Shown here: one piece after another, positions 25,500-34,900 of the stretch | Layout of the letters: each line of letters starts with the position of its first letter | Position numbering within the stretch: position 1 is the stretch's first letter | Sequence record: SRR31156797_15833 | Length of the DNA stretch: 34,926 nt | Reading direction: 5' to 3' (one strand) | The notes under the pieces: model-generated | What the model saw: the letters and a program-made list of their open reading frames with translations, nothing else | Database searches by the model: none | What the model was told of the DNA's origin: nothing | Translations under genes and position numbers: made by a program

Positions 25500-26561
25500 A
25501 TGAAACTAACAAGACAGATTTTTACAATTATTGTTCTCATGCTTGCTCTTACATTTACTGTAAGTGCTGCTGAGAAAAAGGTGAAGTGGAAACTTGCTAT
25601 GACATGGGGACCAACACTCTCCCCATTCTCAGACGCTGTTGTTAACATGGCTGAGATGGTTAACGAGATGAGTGATGGTAACTTTACTATCAGAGTTGAT
25701 GCTTCTAACAAGCACAAATCACCATTCGGCGTTTTCGATATGGTTAAGCTTGGCAGATATCAGATGGCACACTCTGCATCCTACTACTGGAAAGGTAAAG
25801 ATTCCTCTACTCTTCCATTCACAACAATGCCTTTTGGTATGACTACTCCTGAGCAGTACGCTTGGTTCTACTTTGGCGGCGGTATGGAGCTTATGCAGGA
25901 AGCATACGGCAAGCACGGTATCCTCTCTTTCCCTGGTGGTAACACAGGAAATCAGATGGGTGGTTGGTTCGGAAAAGAGATCAAATCACTCGACGACCTT
26001 AAAGGTCTTAAGATGAGAATACCTGGATTCGCTGGTGAAGTAATGGCTGAGCTTGGTCTTGTTGTTACTAACATCGCACCTGGTGAGCTTTACACATCAC
26101 TTGAGCGTGGTACAATCGATGCTCTTGAGTGGGTTGGACCTGGTATGGACATCAAAATGGGCTTCCACAAGATCGTTCCTTACTACTACACAGGATGGCA
26201 CGAGCCTGCTACAGAGCTTCAGTTCATGGTTAACAAGAAAGCTTTCGACAAGCTCTCTCCTAAGAACCAGAGCATCCTTAAAACAGCTATGAAACTCGCT
26301 GCTTACGACATGTACATTCAGAACTACCACATGTCCTCTGAAGCTTGGGCTAAGATCGCTTCTGATTATCCTAACATCAAGATTTCGACTCTCCCTAAGC
26401 CGGTTATGGACGCTATGAAAGGTGCTTATGGTAAAGTTCTTGATAAGTACGCAGCTAAGAACCCATTCCTTAAGAAAGTTATGGATTCTCAGAACGCATA
26501 TCTTAATAAAGTTAGGGTCTGGACTAAGATGTCTGACTACAGATATCTTGAAGACAACTAA
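25500..26561 (+). CDS. dctP: TRAP transporter substrate-binding protein (TakP-like monocarboxylate/2-oxoacid clade)
   Basis: Signal peptide; 'WKLAMTW', 'YYWKGK', 'GNTGNQMGGWF', 'LKGLKMRIPG', 'GTIDALEWVGP' and 'GWHEP'. Confidence 0.94.
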   Translation: MKLTRQIFTIIVLMLALTFTVSAAEKKVKWKLAMTWGPTLSPFSDAVVNMAEMVNEMSDGNFTIRVDASNKHKSPFGVFDMVKLGRYQMAHSASYYWKGKDSSTLPFTTMPFGMTTPEQYAWFYFGGGMELMQEAYGKHGILSFPGGNTGNQMGGWFGKEIKSLDDLKGLKMRIPGFAGEVMAELGLVVTNIAPGELYTSLERGTIDALEWVGPGMDIKMGFHKIVPYYYTGWHEPATELQFMVNKKAFDKLSPKNQSILKTAMKLAAYDMYIQNYHMSSEAWAKIASDYPNIKISTLPKPVMDAMKGAYGKVLDKYAAKNPFLKKVMDSQNAYLNKVRVWTKMSDYRYLEDN

Positions 26562-26581
26562 GATTTAGAAACTATAAACTT

Positions 26582-26609
26582 GGGGCGGCTGTTAACTCAG
26601 CTGCCCTTT
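26582..26609 (+). terminator. Hairpin after dctP (partial terminator or mRNA stabiliser)
   Basis: GGGCGGCTG-TTAACT-CAGCTGCCC followed by TTTAATTT. Confidence 0.7.
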
Positions 26610-26645
26610 AATTTGTGTTAAATAAAATTAAAAGGTAATTTTCAA

Positions 26646-27161
26646 ATGTTGGATAAACTTGAAAAACTGTACGAACGTTTCTCAGACTATCTAGGCTATT
26701 TTTCAGCTTTTGTCATGATGATAATGACGTTAAATGTCTTTTATGATGTAGTGATGAGATACTTCTTCAAAACCGGCTCAATTGCGATGCAGGAGATGGA
26801 GTGGCATCTTTTTTCTGTTGTAATGCTAATAGGTGTTTCATACACACTTAAGGCGGAAGGTCACGTTAGAGTTGACGTGATTTATGATAACTTAGCAAAA
26901 AAGAAGCAGGCGATAATCAACATTGTAGGAACACTCTTATTCCTCATCCCTTTCGCTCTGCTTATAGCCTTTGGCTCAATAGATTTCGTGAAAGAGGCTT
27001 ACACGTCTCATGAGGTTAGCGGTGACCCGGGCGGGCTCACACACAGGTGGCTTATAAAGGCGCTCATTCCGACGTCTTTCTTTATACTTGTGCCTGTCGC
27101 TCTCGGCTATGTGGTAAAAAATATTAATATATATAGAAGAGCTAAGGAAGGTGACGCATGA
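26646..27161 (+). CDS. dctQ: TRAP transporter small permease
   Basis: Four TM helices; 'DVVMRYFF', 'QEMEWHLF', 'HVRVD' and 'DPGGL'. Confidence 0.94.
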   Translation: MLDKLEKLYERFSDYLGYFSAFVMMIMTLNVFYDVVMRYFFKTGSIAMQEMEWHLFSVVMLIGVSYTLKAEGHVRVDVIYDNLAKKKQAIINIVGTLLFLIPFALLIAFGSIDFVKEAYTSHEVSGDPGGLTHRWLIKALIPTSFFILVPVALGYVVKNINIYRRAKEGDA

Positions 27162-28504
27162 TCGGAATTGTAATGTTCTTTGCAGCACTTTTTATGCTGC
27201 TTTTCGGTTTCCCTGTTGCTTTCACTTTCGGAGCTGTGTCAATTATCTTCGGATTTCTCGCTGGGATCCTGGAGCTTGGTGCAGGCTACTCATTTTATGA
27301 GTATTTCGAAGCTGCTAAATCGATGTTCGGCTTTATGCCTTATCGAATATTCGCTATCATGAATAACACAATCCTTATGGCTATCCCGCTTTTCATTTAT
27401 ATGGGTATCGTCCTTCAGAAGACAAAGCTCGCTGAGAGACTTCTTGAGTCTATGGGCTTTCTCTTTGGTGAGGTTCGAGGCGGACTTGCTATCAGTACCG
27501 TACTTGTTGGTGCGCTCCTTGCTGCATCCACTGGTGTTGTTGGTGCTTCTGTTGTTGCGATGGGTGTTATCTCTCTCCCTGTAATGATGAAATATAATTA
27601 TAAGAATACGCTATCCACAGGTACTATCTGTGCGGCTGGAACACTGGGGCAGATCATCCCGCCTTCCATCGTTCTTATTATCCTTGGTGACGTATTTCAG
27701 GTTCCGGTTGGAGACCTCTTTCAGGCTGCTGTTTGGCCTGGGCTTCTCCTTGTCGGAGCATATATAGTATATATCCTCATAGTAGCTTTCATGTTTAAAG
27801 ATGCTGCTCCTGCGATTGTTCTTGAAGGTGCAGTAGGCACTAAAAAACAGCAGGTTGTAAAAGCTCTCAAAGCTATCGTGCCGCCGCTTGTACTTATCAT
27901 ACTTGTCCTCGGTTCTATATTTGGTGGTGTTGCGACACCAACTGAATCTGCTGCTGTTGGTAGTATTGGTGCTCTTGTACTCGCACTTATGTATAAGGAA
28001 TTCTCTTTTAAGATGATGTTCGATAGTGCACTTGATACTGTGAAGGTTACATCGATGGTTTTTGGTATCCTTATCGGTGCTACCGCTTTCTCTATGGTGT
28101 TTACTTACACTGGCGGAGATATGATAGTTGAAGAGTTTATGCTCGGTCTTCCGGGTGAGAAGTGGGGCTTCCTCATTTTATCAATGATCGCTATCATGAT
28201 CCTCGGTTTTTTCATCGATTTCATCGAGATATCATATATTATCGTACCGATTCTAGTGCCGATTGCTGAGACTATCGGAATCAACCCTGTCTGGTTTGCG
28301 ATACTTATCGCTATGAACCTTCAGACGTCGTTCCTTACGCCTCCGTTCGGCTTTAGTTTATTCTACCTTAAAGGGGTTGCCCCGGATGGGGTTAAGACCA
28401 CGCACATCTATCGTGGTGTGATACCTTTTATCATCATACAGGCGCTTATACTGCTTCTGTTGGTGGTATTTCCACAGTTCTTCGGCATCAGCCCAGCACT
28501 TTAA
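27158..28504 (+). CDS. dctM: TRAP transporter large permease
   Basis: 'AIPLFIYMG', 'GTLGQIIPPSIV', 'ATPTESAAVG' and 'NLQTSFLTPPFG'. Confidence 0.95.
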   Translation: MIGIVMFFAALFMLLFGFPVAFTFGAVSIIFGFLAGILELGAGYSFYEYFEAAKSMFGFMPYRIFAIMNNTILMAIPLFIYMGIVLQKTKLAERLLESMGFLFGEVRGGLAISTVLVGALLAASTGVVGASVVAMGVISLPVMMKYNYKNTLSTGTICAAGTLGQIIPPSIVLIILGDVFQVPVGDLFQAAVWPGLLLVGAYIVYILIVAFMFKDAAPAIVLEGAVGTKKQQVVKALKAIVPPLVLIILVLGSIFGGVATPTESAAVGSIGALVLALMYKEFSFKMMFDSALDTVKVTSMVFGILIGATAFSMVFTYTGGDMIVEEFMLGLPGEKWGFLILSMIAIMILGFFIDFIEISYIIVPILVPIAETIGINPVWFAILIAMNLQTSFLTPPFGFSLFYLKGVAPDGVKTTHIYRGVIPFIIIQALILLLLVVFPQFFGISPAL

Positions 28505-28514
28505 AAAATTATTC

Positions 28515-28539
28515 AGGGAGCTCTTCGGGGCTCCCTTTT
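28515..28539 (+). terminator. Intrinsic terminator of the glcD-dctM operon
   Basis: AGGGAGCTC-TTCG-GGGCTCCCT followed by a T run. Confidence 0.85.
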
Positions 28540-28646
28540 ATTAGACAATATCGCTTTAAGAACTCAAACAGAATAGTAGGCGAATAGAAAAACTGAATAG
28601 TTTGCAACTTTAGAATATATTCAAAGTGCAGTCTTGATACTTAAGC

Positions 28647-30329
28647 TTATAGCTGCACTTTGCTGAAAGTGAGGGTGAAACAGACACCTTTTTCAGTGTT
28701 GGCACAGGTTATTTTTCCATCCATATTATCTTCTACAATGAGGCGGGACATATATAAACCTATACCGGTTCCTTTACCCTCGCTTTTGGTTGAGAAGTAA
28801 GGATCAAAGATTTTAGGTAGGGTCTCGCTAGGTATTTCCTCGCCTTTATTACAGAACTCCATATTGACAGCATTGTCGCTCACATCGACGGTTACAGATA
28901 TGGTTCTTTCTATATCAGTCCCGCTATTAGAAGTAGCTATTATAGCGTCTTTGGCATTCGTAAGGATATTGAGAAATACCTGCCTGATCTCTCCTGGGTA
29001 ACCTTCTACAGTGTCGTTGCCTTTGTCGCAGTAGTTCGTTATAAAGCCAGTTTTACAGCTGATACTGCTCTCTTTACAGGAACATTTAAGGGTAGTTTGT
29101 ATATTTTTTGATTCAAACTGGGCCTTTAATAGCTCCATAGTTATGAATAACTCTTTTACGATAGAGAATTTTGTCTTAGTTTTCTTAGGTGAGAAAAAGT
29201 GTCTAAAATCATCAATGGTTTCAGACATATGTTTAGTTAAATCTGCATGGTTTTCATAAAGCTCATCAAAAGAGATACCAAGATCAGCGCCGTCTTTGAT
29301 TTCTTTCATAGCTTGAGCGATAAGGTTAATATTATTAAGTGGTTGCCTCCACTGATGGGCGATAGCACTTATCATCTGACCCATGTCAGCAAATCTTCGT
29401 TGTTCTATAAGTACAGTGTCCTGCTTCTGTCTGAGCTCTGCCTCTTTGGCAACACGGTCGAGCAGGTCATGGTTTAAAGCTTTTAGATCGTTTTCAAGTT
29501 TTTTGATTTTGCTGATGTCTTTTGAGACACTCAAAATGACCCTTTCACCGAAGTAATCCTGAATGCTAGCAGACATTAAGCCAGTAATTATTGTCCCGTT
29601 TTTATGAGTAAAATCTGCTTCAAGGTTTCTGCATATACCATTTTTTGTTAGCTCACGGATAAGCTTATCTCTATCAGCTAGATTTGCCCATATATTAAGC
29701 TCAATAGATGTTTTGCCCTCAAGGTCTTCCGGAGTGTAGCCCAGTGTCGAAGTAAATCCTGAGTTTATTTCAAGATATAAGCCATCTATTAGCCTGTTGA
29801 TGGCTATAGCATCCTGGCTTGTTTTGAAAGCGTTAATGAACATCTCTTCGCTGACTCTGAGCTTAGCTTCAGCCTTTTGGAGTTCTTCAATTTTTAGTTC
29901 GAGAGTCTTTGTTCTGTTGTGAACTACTTTTTCAAGTTTGTCTTCTTTGCTTTTACGGTCACTAATGTCAAAAACATAAATCAGTGAGAACTCATTGCCG
30001 TCATGTTCAAAAAAGTTGTATATGAGTTCGACATCAACAATGTCACCATTTTTCTTCTTGTGCTTACTTTCGATTTTACAGACTTTACTTTCTCGTATAC
30101 CGGCAAACATTTCATCAATATTTTGCTGATTTACAGATGGATTTATGTCAATTAAATTGAGCTTTAGAAGTTCTTCTTCTGTATATCCGAGATATTCGCA
30201 CGCTATTTTATTAACATGGAAGATAGTTCCATCAGTCATTAACCAGAAAACTGGTAAGAGAGAATTTTCAGATATACCTAAAAAAAGTTTTCGTACTTGA
30301 GAGCAGTCACCTATTAATAAATTTTTCAC
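28647..30329 (-). CDS. Cytoplasmic PAS-PAS sensor histidine kinase
   Basis: GTG start, no TM segment, two PAS/PAC repeats ('LGYTEEEL', 'LGYTPEDL', 'DISDRK', 'DISKIK'), H-box AHQWRQPL, NAKD, FDPYFSTK and GTGIGL. Confidence 0.93.
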   Translation of the reverse strand: MKNLLIGDCSQVRKLFLGISENSLLPVFWLMTDGTIFHVNKIACEYLGYTEEELLKLNLIDINPSVNQQNIDEMFAGIRESKVCKIESKHKKKNGDIVDVELIYNFFEHDGNEFSLIYVFDISDRKSKEDKLEKVVHNRTKTLELKIEELQKAEAKLRVSEEMFINAFKTSQDAIAINRLIDGLYLEINSGFTSTLGYTPEDLEGKTSIELNIWANLADRDKLIRELTKNGICRNLEADFTHKNGTIITGLMSASIQDYFGERVILSVSKDISKIKKLENDLKALNHDLLDRVAKEAELRQKQDTVLIEQRRFADMGQMISAIAHQWRQPLNNINLIAQAMKEIKDGADLGISFDELYENHADLTKHMSETIDDFRHFFSPKKTKTKFSIVKELFITMELLKAQFESKNIQTTLKCSCKESSISCKTGFITNYCDKGNDTVEGYPGEIRQVFLNILTNAKDAIIATSNSGTDIERTISVTVDVSDNAVNMEFCNKGEEIPSETLPKIFDPYFSTKSEGKGTGIGLYMSRLIVEDNMDGKITCANTEKGVCFTLTFSKVQL

Positions 30330-30437
30330 ACATCACCTAGAAAGTTGAATAATGAGATAAACGGATAATGATACTCTTATACTATCATAAATAATTTTAA
30401 GTTTCTAAGAATAATTGTAGAATTGCAGGACGAAATC

Positions 30438-33400
30438 TTAACTCTTACCTAGAATCTCTTGTATCCTGCTACAGATAGCTTTTAGTGAAACAGGCTTTTC
30501 AAAAATAGCACTGAAGCCTATATCTTCGAAAATGTCTTGGGCGATTGCAGTTGTGACTATTATAGGGGTTTCGGGTCTTAATCTTCTGATCTCTTTGCTC
30601 ATTTCGATTCCGTTTACTTTAGGCATGTCAAGGTCTGTGATTACGATTGATATCTCTTCATTCATATCTCGGAATACATTTAAGCCTTCCTCACCGTTTT
30701 CTGCGGTGTAGACTTTAGTGTAAAATTTGCTGAGCATATTCTTCATAGAGTTAAGAGTGAAAACGTCATCCTCAACTAGAAGCAGAGATGTGTCCACCTT
30801 CTCAGCGAAGAAATCACTCTGGTCCTCTGATGGAACCATTACGCTGAATATCGCTCCTGAGTCACAGTTTTCAGCGGTTAGTTTACCGTCCATATATTGT
30901 TCAATAATTGTTTTTGACATTGAGAGACCGATTCCTGTGCCTGCATCCCCTTTTGTCGTAACAAACTGCTCAAAAAGCTTTTCAGGAAGCAGCTCTGGCG
31001 GTATGCCTCCGGCGTTATCCTGTATGCTGACTTGAACATTACCTTCATCTTTTTTTATACTGATTTTAATTAGCCCTTCTTTGTCGCCGTTTTCGAGTAT
31101 TGCATCTTTTGCATTATTTATAAGGTTAATAAGAACTTGCATAAATTCATTCTGATAGCCGTAAGCAGCAGCTTTTTCATCAGCATCGACCTCAACCTTA
31201 ATATTCTGGCTTTTCATCTTAGGCATGAGTAGATTAAGTACCTTAGTTATAGACTGTGAAACGTTGAAACTTTTCTTCTCTTTTGACGGATTATAAAAGT
31301 TTCTGAAATCATTTATGGTTTCAGACATAAAGCTAATCTGGGCGTGTATAGTTTGTGAAAGCTCAGCAGCGTCCTCTTCGTTAGCGTGATCCTGTTCGTA
31401 AATCCCCATGGAAAGCGCTATCACATTAAGCGGCTGTTTCCACTGGTGGGCGATAGCTGCTATCATTGAACCCATGTCAGCGAGTTTGCTCTGCTGAATC
31501 ATGAGCTGCTCCTTCTTAGCTATATTTTTTTCAAGCAGTATTTTTTCTGTGACGTCACTGGCGCTGACTATAACCCCTGAAATATCACCATTAACCTCTC
31601 TATAAGGGGTGAAGGTTGTTTCCATATAGATAGGAACACCTTTAGGATCTTTAAGCACTCCGTCAAACTGGACAGTTTTACCTTTAAAAACAGCTTTAAA
31701 ATGGTCTACAAGCTCGTTTTCAAAAAGATCCTGCCCTATGATTGTTGTGACATGTTTACCGACTATATCTTTTGTTTTCTTATTAAACTTTCTAAGGTAG
31801 GTTTTATTAACTGCAATATAGTTGTAGTTTTTATCAATAACAGAGACAAAATTATCAAGTGAGTTGAACATCTGTTTAAACATGATTTCCTGCTCAATAC
31901 GCTCTTTTGTCTCCTTTTGAATTCTCTCTTCAAGATTTTCGTTGATGTCCTCGAGCTCTTCCTGATACCTTTTAATACTCTTTTGAGTTTGTATTTTTTC
32001 AGTGATGTCGTGAATGATAGAGAAGAGGTATCTGTTTGAGGCGGTATCAAATGGAGTGCTGTAAACTTCAACATATGACAATGACTTATCTTTCTTGATA
32101 TGTGAAAAGATGAAAGATTTCTCGCCACCTTTTAATGCATTTATCATTTTTGTTTTAATTTCGCTCTTCGGAAGGGTGTTTATGTCAAAGATGTTAAGCT
32201 CTTTCATCTCTTCCTCAGTGTATCCGTAAAAATCAACCGCCGCAGGGTTAAAGTCTACTATCCTGCCAGTCATAGGATCTACTATAAGCATTATTGCAGA
32301 GTGGATTTTGAACATTCTTTCAAATTTTTTGGTAGCCGACATCATCTCATGCTCAATCAGCTTTCTCTCAGTCATGTCGTGTATAGTACCGAAAGCTCTT
32401 ACACGCTCACCATTGTCATCATAAAAAAATCGACACTGAGCATTAACATACTTTATCCTGCCATCTTTCATAAGTAGCCTGTGGTCGTTATCGAAAGGTA
32501 GCTTACTTCGGATCGAATTGTCAAACTCTGCACGGACTGTATTTAAATCATCAGGATGTATTGCCTCAGTAAACGTATCAAGGCTTATCTCGTCAGAGAC
32601 TTTAATTATTTCGTAAATACTGAATATTTCGTCGGAGCATATAGCTTTGTTATTTTTTAGATCAAGTTCCCAACTACCTATTTTAGCAAGTTCCTGAGCT
32701 TCCTTAAGCTGGAGTTCATTCCTTTTTATTGACTCCTGACAGTTGATTATGTGTCTTCGCCTGTTGGACTGTAAGAGGAAAACCAGCAATGCGAGTGCAA
32801 GCAGTATATTTAATAGAACCAGTAGCCTCTGGTGATCTTCCTCAATTTGAGATATGTATTTATCCTTACTTCTGACCGTTACAAAAGCGAGCATCTCGTT
32901 ATCTATAGAGGAGAAAATTGGTACAGTGGTAAAAATTGTTTGTGAATAGCTGTCGGGAACTGACATAGGTCTTCCTGAGTGAGCGATCTTATACACCTTT
33001 GCAATTGTCTCTTTCGAAGGCATACGCATATCGATACTTTTTTTAGTTCTCTCCTCAAGTGCTTTAAGAACTTCCTTGTCCAGCAGATATCCTTTATGGT
33101 GTGATTTTTTATAGTTATTAGTAATTTCATCCTTAAAAACGAATTTATTTATATTTGATTCTTTTATAAAGTAGTTACAGAGCACCATGTACTGTTTCAT
33201 CATTGCTATTGTCAGCGATGCAGGTGAGAATGAGATTTCCATACTTCCTAAATGACCTTTAGTTGGAGATGTTATAGGGAATACGAATCTGTAACCGTCA
33301 AATATCCTGCCATACTCGAAACTGCCAATAGGCATGTGTTTTTTATTAACGTAAGTAATAGTTTTCCTAACATTAGAGAGGTTGTCGCCATATTTTCCAG

Positions 33401-33791
33401 GCTTGTGCACTCTTAAGAATGAGTCGTTATTGCTAAGGTGAAAATGGAATTGTTTTATACCGAGTTTTTTTAACTCCAGATATCTTGGAGAGATGTCTTT
33501 AAGCAAGTCATTGCGTATTGAAAATTTCTCTTCTTGAGTGGCGGTTTGCAAATCTTCATATCTTTCTACTATTTTGTATCTTTTAATAATCTCTGAATAG
33601 AGTGAATCTGCAAGTTGTTTGTATTGGGTGTATATAGTGTTATAGGCTTGGCTGTATTTTTCAGAAATAAACTGAAGATACTCCTCACACTGAAAGTCCT
33701 TCCTGGCCTTTATAGCGTAATGAAAAGTAGTAGAAAAAATAATAAAGGTTAAGATTAGCAATATCTTTGTTTTTAAATTATCGTTCCTCAA
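30438..33791 (-). CDS. Hybrid sensor kinase: periplasmic Cache-like domain, three PAS, HisKA/HATPase and C-terminal receiver
   Basis: Two TM segments flank an 'FHFHL...SFLRVHKPGKYGD' sensor. PAS repeats, AHQWKQPL, DNAGG, GTGIGL, and receiver LLVEDD/ITDLDMP/EKP. Start placed at TTG 33791 (GGAG 6 nt upstream); the ORF extends to 33881. Confidence 0.92.
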   Translation of the reverse strand: MRNDNLKTKILLILTFIIFSTTFHYAIKARKDFQCEEYLQFISEKYSQAYNTIYTQYKQLADSLYSEIIKRYKIVERYEDLQTATQEEKFSIRNDLLKDISPRYLELKKLGIKQFHFHLSNNDSFLRVHKPGKYGDNLSNVRKTITYVNKKHMPIGSFEYGRIFDGYRFVFPITSPTKGHLGSMEISFSPASLTIAMMKQYMVLCNYFIKESNINKFVFKDEITNNYKKSHHKGYLLDKEVLKALEERTKKSIDMRMPSKETIAKVYKIAHSGRPMSVPDSYSQTIFTTVPIFSSIDNEMLAFVTVRSKDKYISQIEEDHQRLLVLLNILLALALLVFLLQSNRRRHIINCQESIKRNELQLKEAQELAKIGSWELDLKNNKAICSDEIFSIYEIIKVSDEISLDTFTEAIHPDDLNTVRAEFDNSIRSKLPFDNDHRLLMKDGRIKYVNAQCRFFYDDNGERVRAFGTIHDMTERKLIEHEMMSATKKFERMFKIHSAIMLIVDPMTGRIVDFNPAAVDFYGYTEEEMKELNIFDINTLPKSEIKTKMINALKGGEKSFIFSHIKKDKSLSYVEVYSTPFDTASNRYLFSIIHDITEKIQTQKSIKRYQEELEDINENLEERIQKETKERIEQEIMFKQMFNSLDNFVSVIDKNYNYIAVNKTYLRKFNKKTKDIVGKHVTTIIGQDLFENELVDHFKAVFKGKTVQFDGVLKDPKGVPIYMETTFTPYREVNGDISGVIVSASDVTEKILLEKNIAKKEQLMIQQSKLADMGSMIAAIAHQWKQPLNVIALSMGIYEQDHANEEDAAELSQTIHAQISFMSETINDFRNFYNPSKEKKSFNVSQSITKVLNLLMPKMKSQNIKVEVDADEKAAAYGYQNEFMQVLINLINNAKDAILENGDKEGLIKISIKKDEGNVQVSIQDNAGGIPPELLPEKLFEQFVTTKGDAGTGIGLSMSKTIIEQYMDGKLTAENCDSGAIFSVMVPSEDQSDFFAEKVDTSLLLVEDDVFTLNSMKNMLSKFYTKVYTAENGEEGLNVFRDMNEEISIVITDLDMPKVNGIEMSKEIRRLRPETPIIVTTAIAQDIFEDIGFSAIFEKPVSLKAICSRIQEILGKS

Positions 33792-33976
33792 AACAAGCTC
33801 CAAATAATGATAGAAGGTAACTAACTTTTGTCTATAACTAATACTAGCACCTTTTATGAGATATACATAGCTAGATGACATATTTTTAGCATAGTCTCAA
33901 AATTAGTTAGTGAGAAAACTTATAAATGTTATGAATGTTGTATAGTGCTTTCGATAATTGCTGCTGTTGAGTCATG

Positions 33977-34006
33977 AAAAAAAAGGCAACTCAGAAGAGC
34001 TGCCTT
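33977..34006 (-). terminator. Intrinsic terminator after the usp gene
   Basis: Minus strand GGCAGCTC-TTCT-GAGTTGCC followed by T8. Confidence 0.85.
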
Positions 34007-34012
34007 GGTAAT

Positions 34013-34498
34013 TTATTTCTGCTGTTCGAGTTTTCTGAGTTTAAGCTTTTCTTTGCTTCGAGTAACCATAACCGTGCATGCGGCGCTTCGGACAACACGT
34101 TCGGTAGTGCTGCCGTATAGGAATTTCTGAATCCGGCTTTTTCCGTGACTGGCTATAACAAGCAGGTCAACGTCATTTTCTTCTGTATATTCAACAATTT
34201 CATCATAAGCGATACCGTAACGCACAATCGTTTCCACTTCAGTTTTGCGATTACCGACAGCTTCGGAAATAAACTCTTCAAGTTTTTCATCGATGCTCTC
34301 TTTCTGTCTCTTTTTTACTTCAGCAATCTTTGCATCGTCGAGGTAAAAGAGTGGCATATGCTGGCTATCATTGAGATCGATATATAAAACTGTGATTTTG
34401 GAACCAAATTGTTCTGCGATTTCCACGGCATTTTTCATGGCATTAAGTGAACAATCAGAAAAGTCGGTTGGTACAAGTATTGTTTTTGGATCAAACAT
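34013..34498 (-). CDS. Universal stress protein (UspA family)
   Basis: 'ILVPTDFS', 'DLLVIASHG' and 'GSTTERVVRSAACTVMV'; GGAGG RBS before MFDPK. Confidence 0.95.
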   Translation of the reverse strand: MFDPKTILVPTDFSDCSLNAMKNAVEIAEQFGSKITVLYIDLNDSQHMPLFYLDDAKIAEVKKRQKESIDEKLEEFISEAVGNRKTEVETIVRYGIAYDEIVEYTEENDVDLLVIASHGKSRIQKFLYGSTTERVVRSAACTVMVTRSKEKLKLRKLEQQK

Positions 34499-34528
34499 GT
34501 GAACCTCCAATGAAAATAAATATATGAT

Positions 34529-34558
34529 AGATTACACATTGAAAACAGGATGTGTCAA
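34529..34558 (-). promoter_or_regulatory. Candidate sigma70 promoter of usp
   Basis: Minus strand TTGACA (34558-53), 18 bp, TAATCT (34534-29) preceded by TGTG. Confidence 0.55.
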
Positions 34559-34733
34559 TATAATTTAACATAATAATTCGATTTATGAATGACTTATATA
34601 TAAATGAGTTTGGAGTCTGGCATAGTTGGCTAAGTTGCTGGTGAGTTTATAGTTAAGTTCTTTTGTATTAATTAAATAGATTGTTTTGGTTAAAATGTTA
34701 TATGTATCTGAGTTACACCACAGTAGATAAAAT

Positions 34734-34763
34734 AAAAGCCCCAGTTATTAGCTGAGGCTTTTT
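34734..34763 (-). terminator. Terminator downstream of tRNA-Cys
   Basis: Minus strand AAAAGCCTCAGCT...AACTGGGGCTTTT hairpin followed by a U-rich tail. Confidence 0.75.
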
Positions 34764-34784
34764 AAGTTATTGATAGATTTAAAA

Positions 34785-34855
34785 AGGCGACGTCGAGAAT
34801 CGAACTCGAGTACACGGCTTTGCAGGCCGCTGCCTAACCACTCGGCCACGTCGCC
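34785..34855 (-). tRNA. tRNA-Cys (anticodon GCA), CCA not encoded
   Basis: Reverse complement GGCGACGTGGCCGAGTGGTTAGGCAGCGGCCTGCAAAGCCGTGTACTCGAGTTCGATTCTCGACGTCGCCT; CT-GCA-AA loop and U discriminator. Confidence 0.96.
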
Positions 34856-34900
34856 AAAAAACTAAAAAAACCGACCTAAGAAAGTCGGCCTTTTTAAAAA

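Noticed and set aside
28569-28631. Three GAATAG hexamers and an imperfect inverted repeat between dctM and the PAS kinase
   Set aside because: Short, irregularly spaced and AT-rich; no CRISPR-like periodicity and no cas genes in the window.
1702-34387. The many 60-170 aa ORFs overlapping larger genes (for example 4143-4634, 6066-6563, 15414-15827, 22763-23206, 23973-24476)
   Set aside because: They are antisense or alternate-frame shadows of well-supported genes, with no recognisable motifs.
34539-34559. TTGA...TCAA inverted repeat upstream of usp as an FNR-type box
   Set aside because: The half-sites are 12 bp apart rather than the 6 bp of TTGAT-N4-ATCAA, and one half is simply the -35 hexamer.
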